From an uncultured Candidatus Micrarchaeota archaeon (lineage in GTDB: Archaea; Micrarchaeota; Micrarchaeia; Burarchaeales; Fermentimicrarchaeaceae): a stretch of DNA of 64,000 nucleotides. The stretch lies in contig CAVXDX010000012.1 of assembly GCA_963760615.1 (NCBI GenBank), forward strand, positions 8,308 to 72,307, read 5' to 3'. The stretch's first letter is position 1, and each line of letters opens with the position of its first letter. Under the pieces are notes generated by a model that saw only the letters and a list, made by a program, of their open reading frames with translations, had not been told where the DNA came from and searched no databases. Of this stretch, positions 9,131 through 18,723 are shown piece after piece. The position numbers and the translations under genes were made by a program.

Positions 9131-9813
9131 GTTTGATGAAGAGGAGTCTTCTTATCATCTCTTTGATAATACTCGTAGACTTGATAGGGATAGCCTATGG
9201 GTATTACTACTATGCAGAACAGCTGGGCTCATCCCCTCTTTACCTCTGGCTGTTCATACCCGACTGCCCCTTCTATGTCATGGTGTTTACAATTGCACTA
9301 CTGCTTGCAATCTTTGGATTTGAGAGCAGGCTCTTCAGCTACATAGCTGCAGTTGGTATGATGGAGTATGGCCTGTGGACTGCAACAGCGCTGGTGCTAT
9401 TTGGGGATTATTTTTTCTCAAGTAAGCTCTGGCTGATGTCCTCCGTCCTCTTCATACTCCATATTGGAATGTTCGCGGAAGGCCCGCTGCTCATCCCTAA
9501 AAAAATTGGCAGAAGGCACCTGGGTGTAGGCTTGCTGTGGTTCTTCATAAACGATTACATTGACTACTTCTATGGCTACTTGAACACGGCAGGAGCGTAT
9601 GTTCTAGGAACGCACCCAATTCTTCCTTCAGCTGACAGACTTCCTCTCATGATGGTTCTGACCTTCATTCTCACTATACTCTCTAGCTTCTTCGCCTACA
9701 GGTGGTCGCAGACCTCCGCAAGCTGGCCTGCGAGGAAAGAGCTAGAGGAAGTGGAGGGTTACTTTCAGACAGTAAGGAAAACAAGCAGGGGAAGGAGAAG
9801 CAGCAGGAAGTAA
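9127..9813 (+). CDS. DUF1405-like membrane protein
   Basis: GYYYY..QL, LWLFIPDCP, YGLWT, NDYIDYFYG..HP; multiple TM helices. Confidence 0.75.
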   Translation: MSLMKRSLLIISLIILVDLIGIAYGYYYYAEQLGSSPLYLWLFIPDCPFYVMVFTIALLLAIFGFESRLFSYIAAVGMMEYGLWTATALVLFGDYFFSSKLWLMSSVLFILHIGMFAEGPLLIPKKIGRRHLGVGLLWFFINDYIDYFYGYLNTAGAYVLGTHPILPSADRLPLMMVLTFILTILSSFFAYRWSQTSASWPARKELEEVEGYFQTVRKTSRGRRSSRK

Positions 9814-10445
9814 TCCGCAGGGCTGAATCTGATGTCGACTGCTACACCTATGTTTTCAGGGTCAAAGCCCCGCGACTCCAGCGATATGGCAAGCTCGCTG
9901 GCACGCTTCAGCGATGAGTGTAGGAGAGGCACTAGGAGGGGAATGGGAAGTGAGAATGGGGCAAGCTCGTAGCCTCTCACGGCCTGGGATATCCTTATTC
10001 TGCCAAGCTTCTCCTGCATGATGGGGAGGAAGCGTATGGACACTGTGAGCATGAAGGCGAACTCGCTTGGCACCTTGAAGAAGACAAGCGCCTGCAGTAT
10101 GGATTTGACTTCAGTTGTGTATATGCCTAGCATGGTGAGGAGTATTATGTTCAGCGTGAAGAGGGAGCCCATGATTCCAGAATACAGGCCATTTCGCGGG
10201 TTTATGAGCAGATTAAGGAAGATTGGCAGCATGATGAAAAGCCAGCCCGCCCCCAGGTCGCGCAGAGGCTGGGTCAATTGTATGCGGCCCAGCGCATAGA
10301 GAAGCAGTGTGAGCAGTGAGCAGAGGATAAGCACTACGAGGTTCTGCCTTACTATGAGAAGGAGAAATAAGAAGAAGAGGTAGAGTATTTTCACCCTTGC
10401 ATCAACGCTGTGTATCGGAGAGCTTTGGGGAATGAACGCTATCAT
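9765..10445 (-). CDS. ecfT: ECF transporter transmembrane (T) component
   Basis: SPIHSVDARVK, IRFLPIM, SQAVRG, LAISLESRGF. Confidence 0.9.
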   Translation of the reverse strand: MIAFIPQSSPIHSVDARVKILYLFFLFLLLIVRQNLVVLILCSLLTLLLYALGRIQLTQPLRDLGAGWLFIMLPIFLNLLINPRNGLYSGIMGSLFTLNIILLTMLGIYTTEVKSILQALVFFKVPSEFAFMLTVSIRFLPIMQEKLGRIRISQAVRGYELAPFSLPIPLLVPLLHSSLKRASELAISLESRGFDPENIGVAVDIRFSPADYFLLLLLPLLVFLTV

Positions 10446-11218
10446 TCACCCACCTGCAGAGGTTTTTTTAATTTTTTCCTAAGCGGATAGGGAACTTTCA
10501 GCCCGTAGCGCTCAATCTTTGGATTTGAGAGCACGCTCTTCGTAGGACCATCAAGCTCTATCCTGCCACCCTTCACAACCACAACTCTTTCTGCATTATT
10601 CAGCAGCATCTCCGTGTCATGCTCAACCACAATTATCGTCCTCCCCATCCTGCTTAGGTTTCTCAGCATCCTATAAAGCTCATTAGCACTGCCAAAATCA
10701 AGGTTTGAGGAGGGTTCATCCAGCAGTATTATCTCAGGCTCCATGGCAAGGGTTGAAGCAACGGTGAGCTTCTGCTTCTGGCCTTCTGATAGGTTGTTCG
10801 GGTTCTGGTCCTTCATAGACTCCAGCCCGAAGAGCCTGAGGTATTTCATAACCCTGGTCTCTATCTCTTCCTTGGGGAGCCTTCTGTTCTCAAGGGCAAA
10901 TGCAACCTCGTCCCACAGCTTCAGCGAGAATATCTGCGAGTTGGGGTCCTGCAGAACTATCCCTATGCCTTTTGAAAGCTCGCTCACGCTGGTTTTTCTG
11001 GTATCCCTGCCGCGCACGAGTACCTCACCCTCAAACTTTCCTTCTATGAGGTGCGGTATGACGCCGTTCATCGTGAAGAGCAGGGTGCTCTTGCCGCTTC
11101 CCACAGGCCCTATCACCCCAACAAATTCGCCCTTGCCAATTGAGAGGTTTAGATTCGACAGGACTTTCTTTTCCCCGTAGGAGAAGCTGAGGTTGCTTAT
11201 CTGTATAAGCTCTACCAT
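10442..11218 (-). CDS. ecfA: ECF transporter ATPase
   Basis: GPVGSGKST, LQDPNSQIF, LSEGQKQK, LLDEP; start MVELIQ at 11218. Confidence 0.92.
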   Translation of the reverse strand: MVELIQISNLSFSYGEKKVLSNLNLSIGKGEFVGVIGPVGSGKSTLLFTMNGVIPHLIEGKFEGEVLVRGRDTRKTSVSELSKGIGIVLQDPNSQIFSLKLWDEVAFALENRRLPKEEIETRVMKYLRLFGLESMKDQNPNNLSEGQKQKLTVASTLAMEPEIILLDEPSSNLDFGSANELYRMLRNLSRMGRTIIVVEHDTEMLLNNAERVVVVKGGRIELDGPTKSVLSNPKIERYGLKVPYPLRKKLKKPLQVGE

Positions 11219-12048
11219 TTCATGTACCTCTCGATGAACCCAAACCTGAATGCCAGGGTCCATGCTACTGCAACTTCCATGAACCCCTGAAATGCATTCC
11301 ACAAGAATATCAGGTACCAGGGAACTTCATTCATAAAATCGCTGGGCGATATGCGGAAGAAAAGCGGCCCTGCGAAGTAGTAGTTTGAGATTATCATGGC
11401 TATGCCGCGGACGATGACGCTCAGGGACGTGACTATGAGCATTGCATCGGCATTGGAGAAAATGAGGGGACTTACATCCTTGGAGTACCTGCCCCAGAAG
11501 TGCAGCACAAGAAGCGAGAATACTGTTATTGTTGCAATTGGCAGTAAGCCAAGGAGCAGGTCCGATGCTCTGACATTTGTCTGAGTATTATTCAGGTAAT
11601 TGACGCTGGGGACTGTGTACATTATATCCGAAGACGGCGGGACATAGGGCTGAGCAGCGAGGTTTGTGTTTATCGACAGGATGAAAAGCATCATGGAGAT
11701 GAAAAGCGCGAAGAATACATTGATGAGAAGCTTGCCCAAATCGAAATTCTTCTTTATCGAGAGAAGGTAGAATGCGGGCACGAGGAACATTGGGACTGTA
11801 GCAGTGAACTTCATTATGGCGCCAATCCACGAGGTGGGGGCAACGAGGGTTATGATGAGCGCGGTAAGGAGGGCTGTGTACATCGCCGCATCGAGCCCGA
11901 AGAGTAGGAAGCCAAGCAGAATGGGAACTCCCACAAGATCAACCGTCATCCCGAAGCCGCTGGGCACCCCTATAACTCCATTGGAAACCTGCAGAATTGC
12001 CGCCACGCACGAGAGCATTGCTACTGCGGTTAGTTTGTATGTTTTCAT
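11212..12048 (-). CDS. ECF transporter substrate-specific (S) component with insertion
   Basis: Hydrophobic, first gene of the S-A-T operon, VDLVGVPILLGFLLFG motif. Confidence 0.7.
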   Translation of the reverse strand: MKTYKLTAVAMLSCVAAILQVSNGVIGVPSGFGMTVDLVGVPILLGFLLFGLDAAMYTALLTALIITLVAPTSWIGAIMKFTATVPMFLVPAFYLLSIKKNFDLGKLLINVFFALFISMMLFILSINTNLAAQPYVPPSSDIMYTVPSVNYLNNTQTNVRASDLLLGLLPIATITVFSLLVLHFWGRYSKDVSPLIFSNADAMLIVTSLSVIVRGIAMIISNYYFAGPLFFRISPSDFMNEVPWYLIFLWNAFQGFMEVAVAWTLAFRFGFIERYMKW

Positions 12049-12170
12049 AGAGAGAGATTTGCTTTTTACTCTTTTAAATGTATTTACTCAAAAATAGTTA
12101 TTATGAGTAGGCAGCCACTGGTGCCTTGCCCTAGGGAATATTTTTAAATGAGAGGATAGAAATCTAGAGT

Positions 12171-12647
12171 ATGGGTATGAAAGGACAAAGCGGGGTAGAA
12201 TACCTGACAATGTATGCCATGGCATTCATGATTCTGCTAGTTGTCCTCGCAGGAATTTATTATGTGATGGTGTATTCCACTCCAGTAACTTCTCACTGTG
12301 ATTTCCCACTGGATTTGCAATGCACTGACTATTATATTAATTCTACGGGTAACCTCACCCTAATTATAAAGCAGGAAACGGGCCACCCCATAACAATAAC
12401 CCAGTTCAACTGCACCAGCAATGACAACCTCGCTGGGATTACCTCGCCACTGCCAAACCCCGTGAATATCAACAGTGGCATGCAGGATTATTTGTCGAAT
12501 GGAACCCCCTGCTACAGGCCAAACGGCGATGTCGCAAAGGGACGCGTGGGCAGTTACTACACCGGAAAGCTTTTTGTTAAGTACAACGAGACAGACACTG
12601 GTTTTGTTCACGTGCTGACGGGAAACATAGTTGTTAAATATGAATAA
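12171..12647 (+). CDS. Class III signal peptide (pilin-like) protein
   Basis: KGQ-SGVEYLTMY plus hydrophobic stretch; Cys-containing beta domain. Confidence 0.8.
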   Translation: MGMKGQSGVEYLTMYAMAFMILLVVLAGIYYVMVYSTPVTSHCDFPLDLQCTDYYINSTGNLTLIIKQETGHPITITQFNCTSNDNLAGITSPLPNPVNINSGMQDYLSNGTPCYRPNGDVAKGRVGSYYTGKLFVKYNETDTGFVHVLTGNIVVKYE

Positions 12648-12687
12648 ATTTATAAAGAGTCCTATGACAAATAGAATGGTGAAGCGG

Positions 12688-13203
12688 ATGAGAAAGGCAC
12701 AGGCTGCAATGGAATACCTCATAACATATGGGTGGGCGGTGCTGGTAATGCTGATTGTTGTTGGAGTTCTCTTCTATCTAGGGATATTCAGCCCCCATAC
12801 AATAATGACATGCACCTTCCAGAATCCGGGTTTCAGCTGCGCTGCATACAAGCTGACTTCGAATAGTGGGGGTGAAGGCGGCATCATACTTGACCTAGGC
12901 CAGTCTACTGGGCGTGACATAAAGGTTGTCGGTTTCAACTGCACAACCGCCAGCAGCTTCACAGTAATTGATTTTAATGGAGTGACTGCAAACAATGTGA
13001 CCGTTCCCACTGGAGGTCATGCGCCCCTTAATGGGACTGCTGCAGCCATGAAACCCCTTCCATGCTACAAGAACGATGGCAGTATGCTGGGAACTGCGGA
13101 TGCAGGGAGTTATTACAAAGGGAAGCTCTACATCCATTACTGGGATTTGGAGACCAACCTTGACCACAAGGTTACGGGCGACATAGCCGGAACCGTGGAA
13201 TGA
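12688..13203 (+). CDS. Class III signal peptide (pilin-like) protein
   Basis: RKAQ-AAMEYLITYGWAVLV; paralogous to the preceding gene. Confidence 0.8.
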   Translation: MRKAQAAMEYLITYGWAVLVMLIVVGVLFYLGIFSPHTIMTCTFQNPGFSCAAYKLTSNSGGEGGIILDLGQSTGRDIKVVGFNCTTASSFTVIDFNGVTANNVTVPTGGHAPLNGTAAAMKPLPCYKNDGSMLGTADAGSYYKGKLYIHYWDLETNLDHKVTGDIAGTVE

Positions 13204-13231
13204 CTACTTCTTTGCGTTTGAGAGTGATAGT

Positions 13232-13864
13232 ATGCTGAAATCCAGCTTTTCGGAATTCTGCAACAGAGTAAGCATAAGGCTCGGAATGGTATTCTCAAAG
13301 ATTCCCATTTCTGCCAATGCCTGGACTATACTCTCGCTCCTTCCGGCAGTTGTGGGGTTTGCATTTCTCGTGCAGAGGCAGATGGAGAATGCGCTCGTTC
13401 TCTTCGCAATCTCAGCCATCTTGGATGCGGTAGACGGGGGCGTTGCCCGAGTCACGGGAACGGTTAGCAACCTTGGAGCCTATCTTGATGGCATGATGGA
13501 CAGAGCAGTTGAGGGGCTCCTCTTGATAGGGATAATGCTTCACGGGATACCTGACTTGGTTATTTGGGGCTACACAACTCCCGCATTCCTGTGGATTGCG
13601 CTCCTGCTGTTTTTTGGTTCTGCCATGGTGAGCTATTCAAGAGCATACGCAGTTTACAGAAGAGTCCTGAGGGATGATAAGAAAATCTCGAAAATGCCAG
13701 GTGTCATGGAGAGGGCTGAAAGGCTCATCCTTGTGTTTCTCGGCATGCTGCTCTATCCCTTCAACCCGCTCTATCTGACTTGCGCAATAGCTCTCGCTGC
13801 TGTGCTTTCGATTGTGACGGTTATGCAGAGGATGCTTTACACCATAGGAAAGGCGGAGTACTGA
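13232..13864 (+). CDS. CDP-alcohol phosphatidyltransferase (archaetidylinositol-phosphate synthase-like)
   Basis: DAVDGGVAR......GAYLDGMMDR signature; MERAERL. Confidence 0.9.
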   Translation: MLKSSFSEFCNRVSIRLGMVFSKIPISANAWTILSLLPAVVGFAFLVQRQMENALVLFAISAILDAVDGGVARVTGTVSNLGAYLDGMMDRAVEGLLLIGIMLHGIPDLVIWGYTTPAFLWIALLLFFGSAMVSYSRAYAVYRRVLRDDKKISKMPGVMERAERLILVFLGMLLYPFNPLYLTCAIALAAVLSIVTVMQRMLYTIGKAEY

Positions 13865-13868
13865 TTCA

Positions 13869-14516
13869 ATGAAGGTGGACATGCACATCCACACCGTATA
13901 CTCCGGGGATGCCACATGCAAGCCTTCTGGAGTTATGGAAGCGGCAAGAAGGAGGGGTCTTGACGGCATTGCTGTGACAGACCACAATACGACTAAAGCA
14001 TGGAAAGAAACGCTTGCAGAGGGCAGAAAACATAGCATAGCAGTAATCCTCGGGGAAGAAATTTTAGTGGAATATAAGGGAAGACAAGTGGGAGAAGTGC
14101 TGGGCTATTTCATGAATGAGGAGATAAAAAGGGGGGATGTATACGAAGTGCTGGATGCAATTGCAAGCCAGGGGGCGCTGGCTGCTCTTTCCCATCCATT
14201 CTGCTTCTGGAGGGGCTTGAGGATGGATGCAGCTGAGTTAGTTGACAAAATTCAGGCAGTTGAGGTTTTCAACTCCAAGATGTATTTTAATTACCACAAC
14301 CGCAAGGCGCTTGAGTTTGCAAGAAAGCACAAACTTGCCGAAGTTGGAGGCAGTGATGCGCATAGCGAGCATGAAGTTGGCGATGCATATACCCTTGCAG
14401 AAGCAAGCAGTATAAAGGAATTCAGGAGGGCAATGGAGAAAAGGAAAACAAAGGCTGAAGGAAATATTTCAGGCTACCTTCCTAGGTTATTTTCAAAGCT
14501 TGCTAGTTTGGGATAA
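13869..14516 (+). CDS. PHP-domain metal-dependent phosphoesterase
   Basis: DMHIHT..SGD, AVTDHN, HPF, GGSDAH. Confidence 0.9.
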   Translation: MKVDMHIHTVYSGDATCKPSGVMEAARRRGLDGIAVTDHNTTKAWKETLAEGRKHSIAVILGEEILVEYKGRQVGEVLGYFMNEEIKRGDVYEVLDAIASQGALAALSHPFCFWRGLRMDAAELVDKIQAVEVFNSKMYFNYHNRKALEFARKHKLAEVGGSDAHSEHEVGDAYTLAEASSIKEFRRAMEKRKTKAEGNISGYLPRLFSKLASLG

Positions 14517-17030
14517 TCAGCCTCCTTTCTTTATAATTGATTTACCTCTTGGTGTGAGTTTGTAGAACACCCACTTCCTACCATCAACTTCTATTTTCTC
14601 GACAAGGTCCGCCTCCCGCAGCTTGTCAAGATGCTCCACTATTGTTGCTTTGCTCTTGTTGAGCTTTGAGCTTATGTCCGTCGGAGTCCTCTCCCCCTCA
14701 AGAAGAGTATTCAGAATCTCCATTCTCGTCCCTGATGATAGCGCGCGGTACACATCTGCATCACCAGGCTCCTTCTGGGCTGGGGCTCTCCTCAGCATAC
14801 TCAGGACGACGAAAATGGTAAAAAGAACAAGAACTACTGCCACTGGTACTATTAAGTTTGAATTCGAAGGCTCGGTTCCAGTTGCTGGAGGTGACTGCTG
14901 GTTTGCGTTCTGAGGGGGTGTCTGACCGGTTGATGCGGGGGTGATTCTTACGACACCTCCCGCATTGCATAACAGCGCATTATCCCCAACAGAGAGGTAG
15001 TTTGCAGTTTTTTCATCGCTTATCAGGCTCAGGTATTCCTGCGAGCCGAACTGAACATTCCTCGTTGGCTCCATGCCATTGCATCCTGTGTCCTCCCATA
15101 TGCCGCCGACAGAGACGAATGTTTTGTCACCGATAACCTTTGTTTCCGGAGCCTGGGAAGTCTGCTCTGCCATGCTGCTTGTTGCCTTGTATGCATTTGC
15201 CACTCCGTAGGAACCACCAGCAACAGTTGCTGCCATTGGAGCTATATCCATATTTCTTCTTATCTCATTCCCCTCTGGTGATTTCACAAGGTAGGATGTG
15301 TAAGGGGTAGGTATTCCATATTTTACGGCAAGTTCAGTAACCTGCTGCTTGAGTTCTGGAGTCTCCCCATCCAGAGTTATCTGGTCAAGCAGATAGCCAA
15401 CCTTCCTCAGAGCCCATGTTCTCTCCACGAAACTGTTTGATGAAGTCTGAGGGAAGCTTACATCGTACTTCAGCTCCTTCTGCACCCCACCTACGGAACC
15501 TTTCAGCCTGACAGTTGCGTCTCCATAGCCGCTGTATCTGCCAGCAACTACCAACTGTGTTCCAAGGAATATGTCCGGTATCCTCTTTGGGAGGAGATCA
15601 TATGTCGAAACTGCACCTTCCACGCCAACGCATGCTGTGCTACCCATCTCGCATACTACCGGAGCTGAGGAGGGGGTTATGGTGAGCCGCACATCTGAAA
15701 GCACCGGAGTTGAAACTCTGTCATAGAAAGACTTGAGTGTCATCTCCAAATCCGCTTCATTCTTTATGTATGTGGCTATTCCATCCCCGAATTCGTTTGA
15801 AAGCTTGTCGAGAAGCTCAAAATCTACGTCTTCGCCTACTCCAAACACGAAGAGTTTGAAATTCTTTCCACTTCCGTCTGCGCTGCCAGTCAGGGCCTTT
15901 AGTATATCTGTATTGGAGTGCCCCGTGGTGTCCCTGCCATCTGTGAGTATTATGACTAGGTGCATCCTGCTGTCGTTCTGGAACCATGCGATGGATTGCG
16001 CAAGAGGATCCTGTAGGTCTGTTGCGCCTTCCGCGGACATACCATCGACGAAATTCTTTGCGCCCTGGACTGAGCTTACACTCTGCAGGGTATCCGCATA
16101 CCTCTTTGTAGTGCTTGAGAATGAGATTATGTTGAACCTATCCTCTCCGTTCAGCCTGTCCAGCCCGTACTTGAGAGCACTTTTCACCTGGTCAAGCTTG
16201 GTGCCCTCCATGCTTCCGGAGGTGTCAATAACGAAAACGACATCCTTCGGAATTGTTGTCTGGTTGACAATGGAGGGGTATATGAAAAGCAGGAAGTAGC
16301 CGCTCTCGTTGCTTTTTTGAGCCAGCAGCTTCACATCGTAATCCCTATTGCTTACACCATAGTAAAGCTGGAAGTCCTTATCCGGCAGTACTTTCTCCTC
16401 GTAGTAGGATACGACTGCCTTGCCGGTCTCTCCTCGCTGCACCGTTATGTTGTGCGTCGGCGAGTATATGAAACCCAAAGTGCCAGGTGCGTTTATGTTT
16501 ATTGTTATATTCACCGGGTCTATAGGCTTTGTTGAATACCTCTCAGGGCTTAGGGGGTACATGTAGGTGTATAGCCCTGCGCTGGATGAGATTATCTGTT
16601 CGTAGGTTATCACGACCTTGACTGTTTTTCCTCTTGGGAGCACAATGCTTGAGGAGAAGGCATCCCTTCCGACATACTCCAAGAGAGATGCATCCCTCCT
16701 CTCAAGGACATACTGCTGGTAGGTTTTCTTTGCTTCCTCGCTTCCAAGAAGTGTTCCCTCAAGGGTTTTGCCATCAACTATAAGCTTGACATCCCTCACA
16801 CCGCCTCCTGGGACTGGGAACATGTATACTCCTTCCAAATCCCTGTAACCGTCATTCCTGAACTCCTGCTCCACTCTTGTACGGGCGTACGTGTCATTTA
16901 TTGTTACTGTAACATAGTGATTCAGTATGAGGGGGTACTGGTCCTCATGATGGATGGGTATGATCACTCCATCTGAATGAACGAAGCCTAGCAATAAGAA
17001 AAGCATCAGAATTGCAAACTTTGTCTTCAT
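14517..17030 (-). CDS. Exported VIT + vWA domain protein with TM helix and cytoplasmic ArsR-type HTH
   Basis: Signal peptide; VIT (ARTRVEQEFRN...EGVYMFPVP); vWA MIDAS DTSGSM, LTDG; TM VPVAVVLVLFTIFVVLSML; HTH RALSSGTRMEILNTL..ERTPTDIS....KATIVEHLDKL. Confidence 0.85.
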   Translation of the reverse strand: MKTKFAILMLFLLLGFVHSDGVIIPIHHEDQYPLILNHYVTVTINDTYARTRVEQEFRNDGYRDLEGVYMFPVPGGGVRDVKLIVDGKTLEGTLLGSEEAKKTYQQYVLERRDASLLEYVGRDAFSSSIVLPRGKTVKVVITYEQIISSSAGLYTYMYPLSPERYSTKPIDPVNITININAPGTLGFIYSPTHNITVQRGETGKAVVSYYEEKVLPDKDFQLYYGVSNRDYDVKLLAQKSNESGYFLLFIYPSIVNQTTIPKDVVFVIDTSGSMEGTKLDQVKSALKYGLDRLNGEDRFNIISFSSTTKRYADTLQSVSSVQGAKNFVDGMSAEGATDLQDPLAQSIAWFQNDSRMHLVIILTDGRDTTGHSNTDILKALTGSADGSGKNFKLFVFGVGEDVDFELLDKLSNEFGDGIATYIKNEADLEMTLKSFYDRVSTPVLSDVRLTITPSSAPVVCEMGSTACVGVEGAVSTYDLLPKRIPDIFLGTQLVVAGRYSGYGDATVRLKGSVGGVQKELKYDVSFPQTSSNSFVERTWALRKVGYLLDQITLDGETPELKQQVTELAVKYGIPTPYTSYLVKSPEGNEIRRNMDIAPMAATVAGGSYGVANAYKATSSMAEQTSQAPETKVIGDKTFVSVGGIWEDTGCNGMEPTRNVQFGSQEYLSLISDEKTANYLSVGDNALLCNAGGVVRITPASTGQTPPQNANQQSPPATGTEPSNSNLIVPVAVVLVLFTIFVVLSMLRRAPAQKEPGDADVYRALSSGTRMEILNTLLEGERTPTDISSKLNKSKATIVEHLDKLREADLVEKIEVDGRKWVFYKLTPRGKSIIKKGG

Positions 17031-17196
17031 TATATCACCAAGATAGTTAGGCAATGAGGATATTTATAGCCTATTCGTTTTTGTTAGGCGCTTGCCGAAC
17101 AATTCCCTTACACCTCGTCAATGCGCCTATTGAAAGCAAAAACGGTAATGTTAAATAGAATTGCAGTGCAAATGTTCTCCGCAAGAGGAGGTTGAA

Positions 17197-18714
17197 TTGG
17201 AAGGCGGTTATTTCAGGTATGACAAGCTGCAGCCCAGAGAATACCAGCTCAGGATAGCTGAGAACGTTCTGAAAAAGGGCAATTCCCTAGTCATACTGCC
17301 AACCGGGCTGGGAAAAACCGCAATAGCACTGCTCGTTGCTGATAAATATCTCCAGCAGGGTAAGAGAGTGCTCTTCCTCGCACCAACAAGACCCCTGTGC
17401 GAGCAGCACAGGAAGAGCTTTGAGGAGCTTATGAAGCTCCCGAGTGAGGACATTCTGCTTATAACTGGCAAATTTGGGGCGGGGGAGAGGGAGGATTTGT
17501 GGAATACTGCAAAGGTTATTGTCGCAACCCCGCAGTGCGTGAAGAATGACTTGAAAAAAGGCAAAATGAAACTGGAATTCGGACTTGTTGTGCTTGACGA
17601 GGTGCACAGGGCAGTTGGCAATTATGCGTATACTTTCGTTGCAGAGGAGTGCAGGAAAGTTGGGCTTCACCTGCTCGGTCTGACTGCATCACCTGGAAGC
17701 TCCAAGGAGAAGATTGAGGAGATGAGCAGCCTTCTTGGAGTTAAGAATATAGAGATACGGGATGAGGCTGATGAAGATGTGAAGGAGTATGTCCAGCCTC
17801 TTGACATCCACTGGGAGACCGTTGATTTTCCAGCTGAGATGGATGAGGTGAGAAAGCTTCTGGAAGATGCAATGGAGGATAGGCTGGAGGTGATGAGGAA
17901 GTTCGGGTGGATAAATGCCAAGAGCTTCCGCTCCCTGGGGAAGAAGGTGCTCCTGCTGGCCAGGAGCAAAATTGAGAGGACTTCAGGAGGAGTAAAGTAT
18001 ATGGGTCTGTCGCAGTATGCCGCGCTGATGAATCTCACTCACGCGCACGAGCTGCTTGAGACTGAGGGCGCTTCAACTTTCCTGGAGTTTTTCAAGAGAA
18101 TGGAAGCCCGCGAGCAGAAGAGCAGGGCGGTTGTCAGAATATTGAAGGATTACAGGGTTGTGCAGGCTTTGGAGAAGGCTAGGCAGCTGAAGATTGACCA
18201 CCCGAAGCTGGACAAGCTGCGCCAGCTCATAGAGGGGAGGAAGGACAGGATATACATAATTTTCGTGCAATTCAGGGACCAGGTTAAGAAAGTGGTTGAG
18301 GAGCTAAACAAGATACCTGGAGTGAAGGCTGAGAGGTTTGTTGGAAAGCGTGATGGTGTAACACAGGAGGAGCAGAAGGATACTATAGAGAGGTTCAGGA
18401 ACAGGGAGTTCAACATACTTGTGGCAAGCTCTATAGGGGAGGAAGGGTTGGATATACCTGCCGTGGACTGCGTCATCTTCTACGAGCCAATACCGAGCGA
18501 GATAAGGAACATCCAGAGAAGAGGCAGGGCCGGGAGGACCAGAGCCGGGGAAGTGATAATACTCATAACAAAGGACACGCGGGATGAGGCGTACTACTGG
18601 GTTTCAAGAAGCAGGGAGAGGAAGATGAAGAGGATAGTAAAGGGAATGCAGAACAGGTTCGGAGGAGAAGTTAAAAAAGTAAAGGGGCAGAGCAGGCTAT
18701 CTGACTTCGGCTGA
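17197..18714 (+). CDS. hef: Hef/FANCM-like SF2 helicase without nuclease domain
   Basis: PREYQ, LPTGLGKT, DEVH, TAS, GEEGLDIP, QRRGRAGR; C-terminal PIP-like QSRLSDF; start TTG 17197 behind SD GGAGGTT. Confidence 0.88.
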   Translation: MEGGYFRYDKLQPREYQLRIAENVLKKGNSLVILPTGLGKTAIALLVADKYLQQGKRVLFLAPTRPLCEQHRKSFEELMKLPSEDILLITGKFGAGEREDLWNTAKVIVATPQCVKNDLKKGKMKLEFGLVVLDEVHRAVGNYAYTFVAEECRKVGLHLLGLTASPGSSKEKIEEMSSLLGVKNIEIRDEADEDVKEYVQPLDIHWETVDFPAEMDEVRKLLEDAMEDRLEVMRKFGWINAKSFRSLGKKVLLLARSKIERTSGGVKYMGLSQYAALMNLTHAHELLETEGASTFLEFFKRMEAREQKSRAVVRILKDYRVVQALEKARQLKIDHPKLDKLRQLIEGRKDRIYIIFVQFRDQVKKVVEELNKIPGVKAERFVGKRDGVTQEEQKDTIERFRNREFNILVASSIGEEGLDIPAVDCVIFYEPIPSEIRNIQRRGRAGRTRAGEVIILITKDTRDEAYYWVSRSRERKMKRIVKGMQNRFGGEVKKVKGQSRLSDFG

Positions 18715-18723
18715 GTTCAGGTA

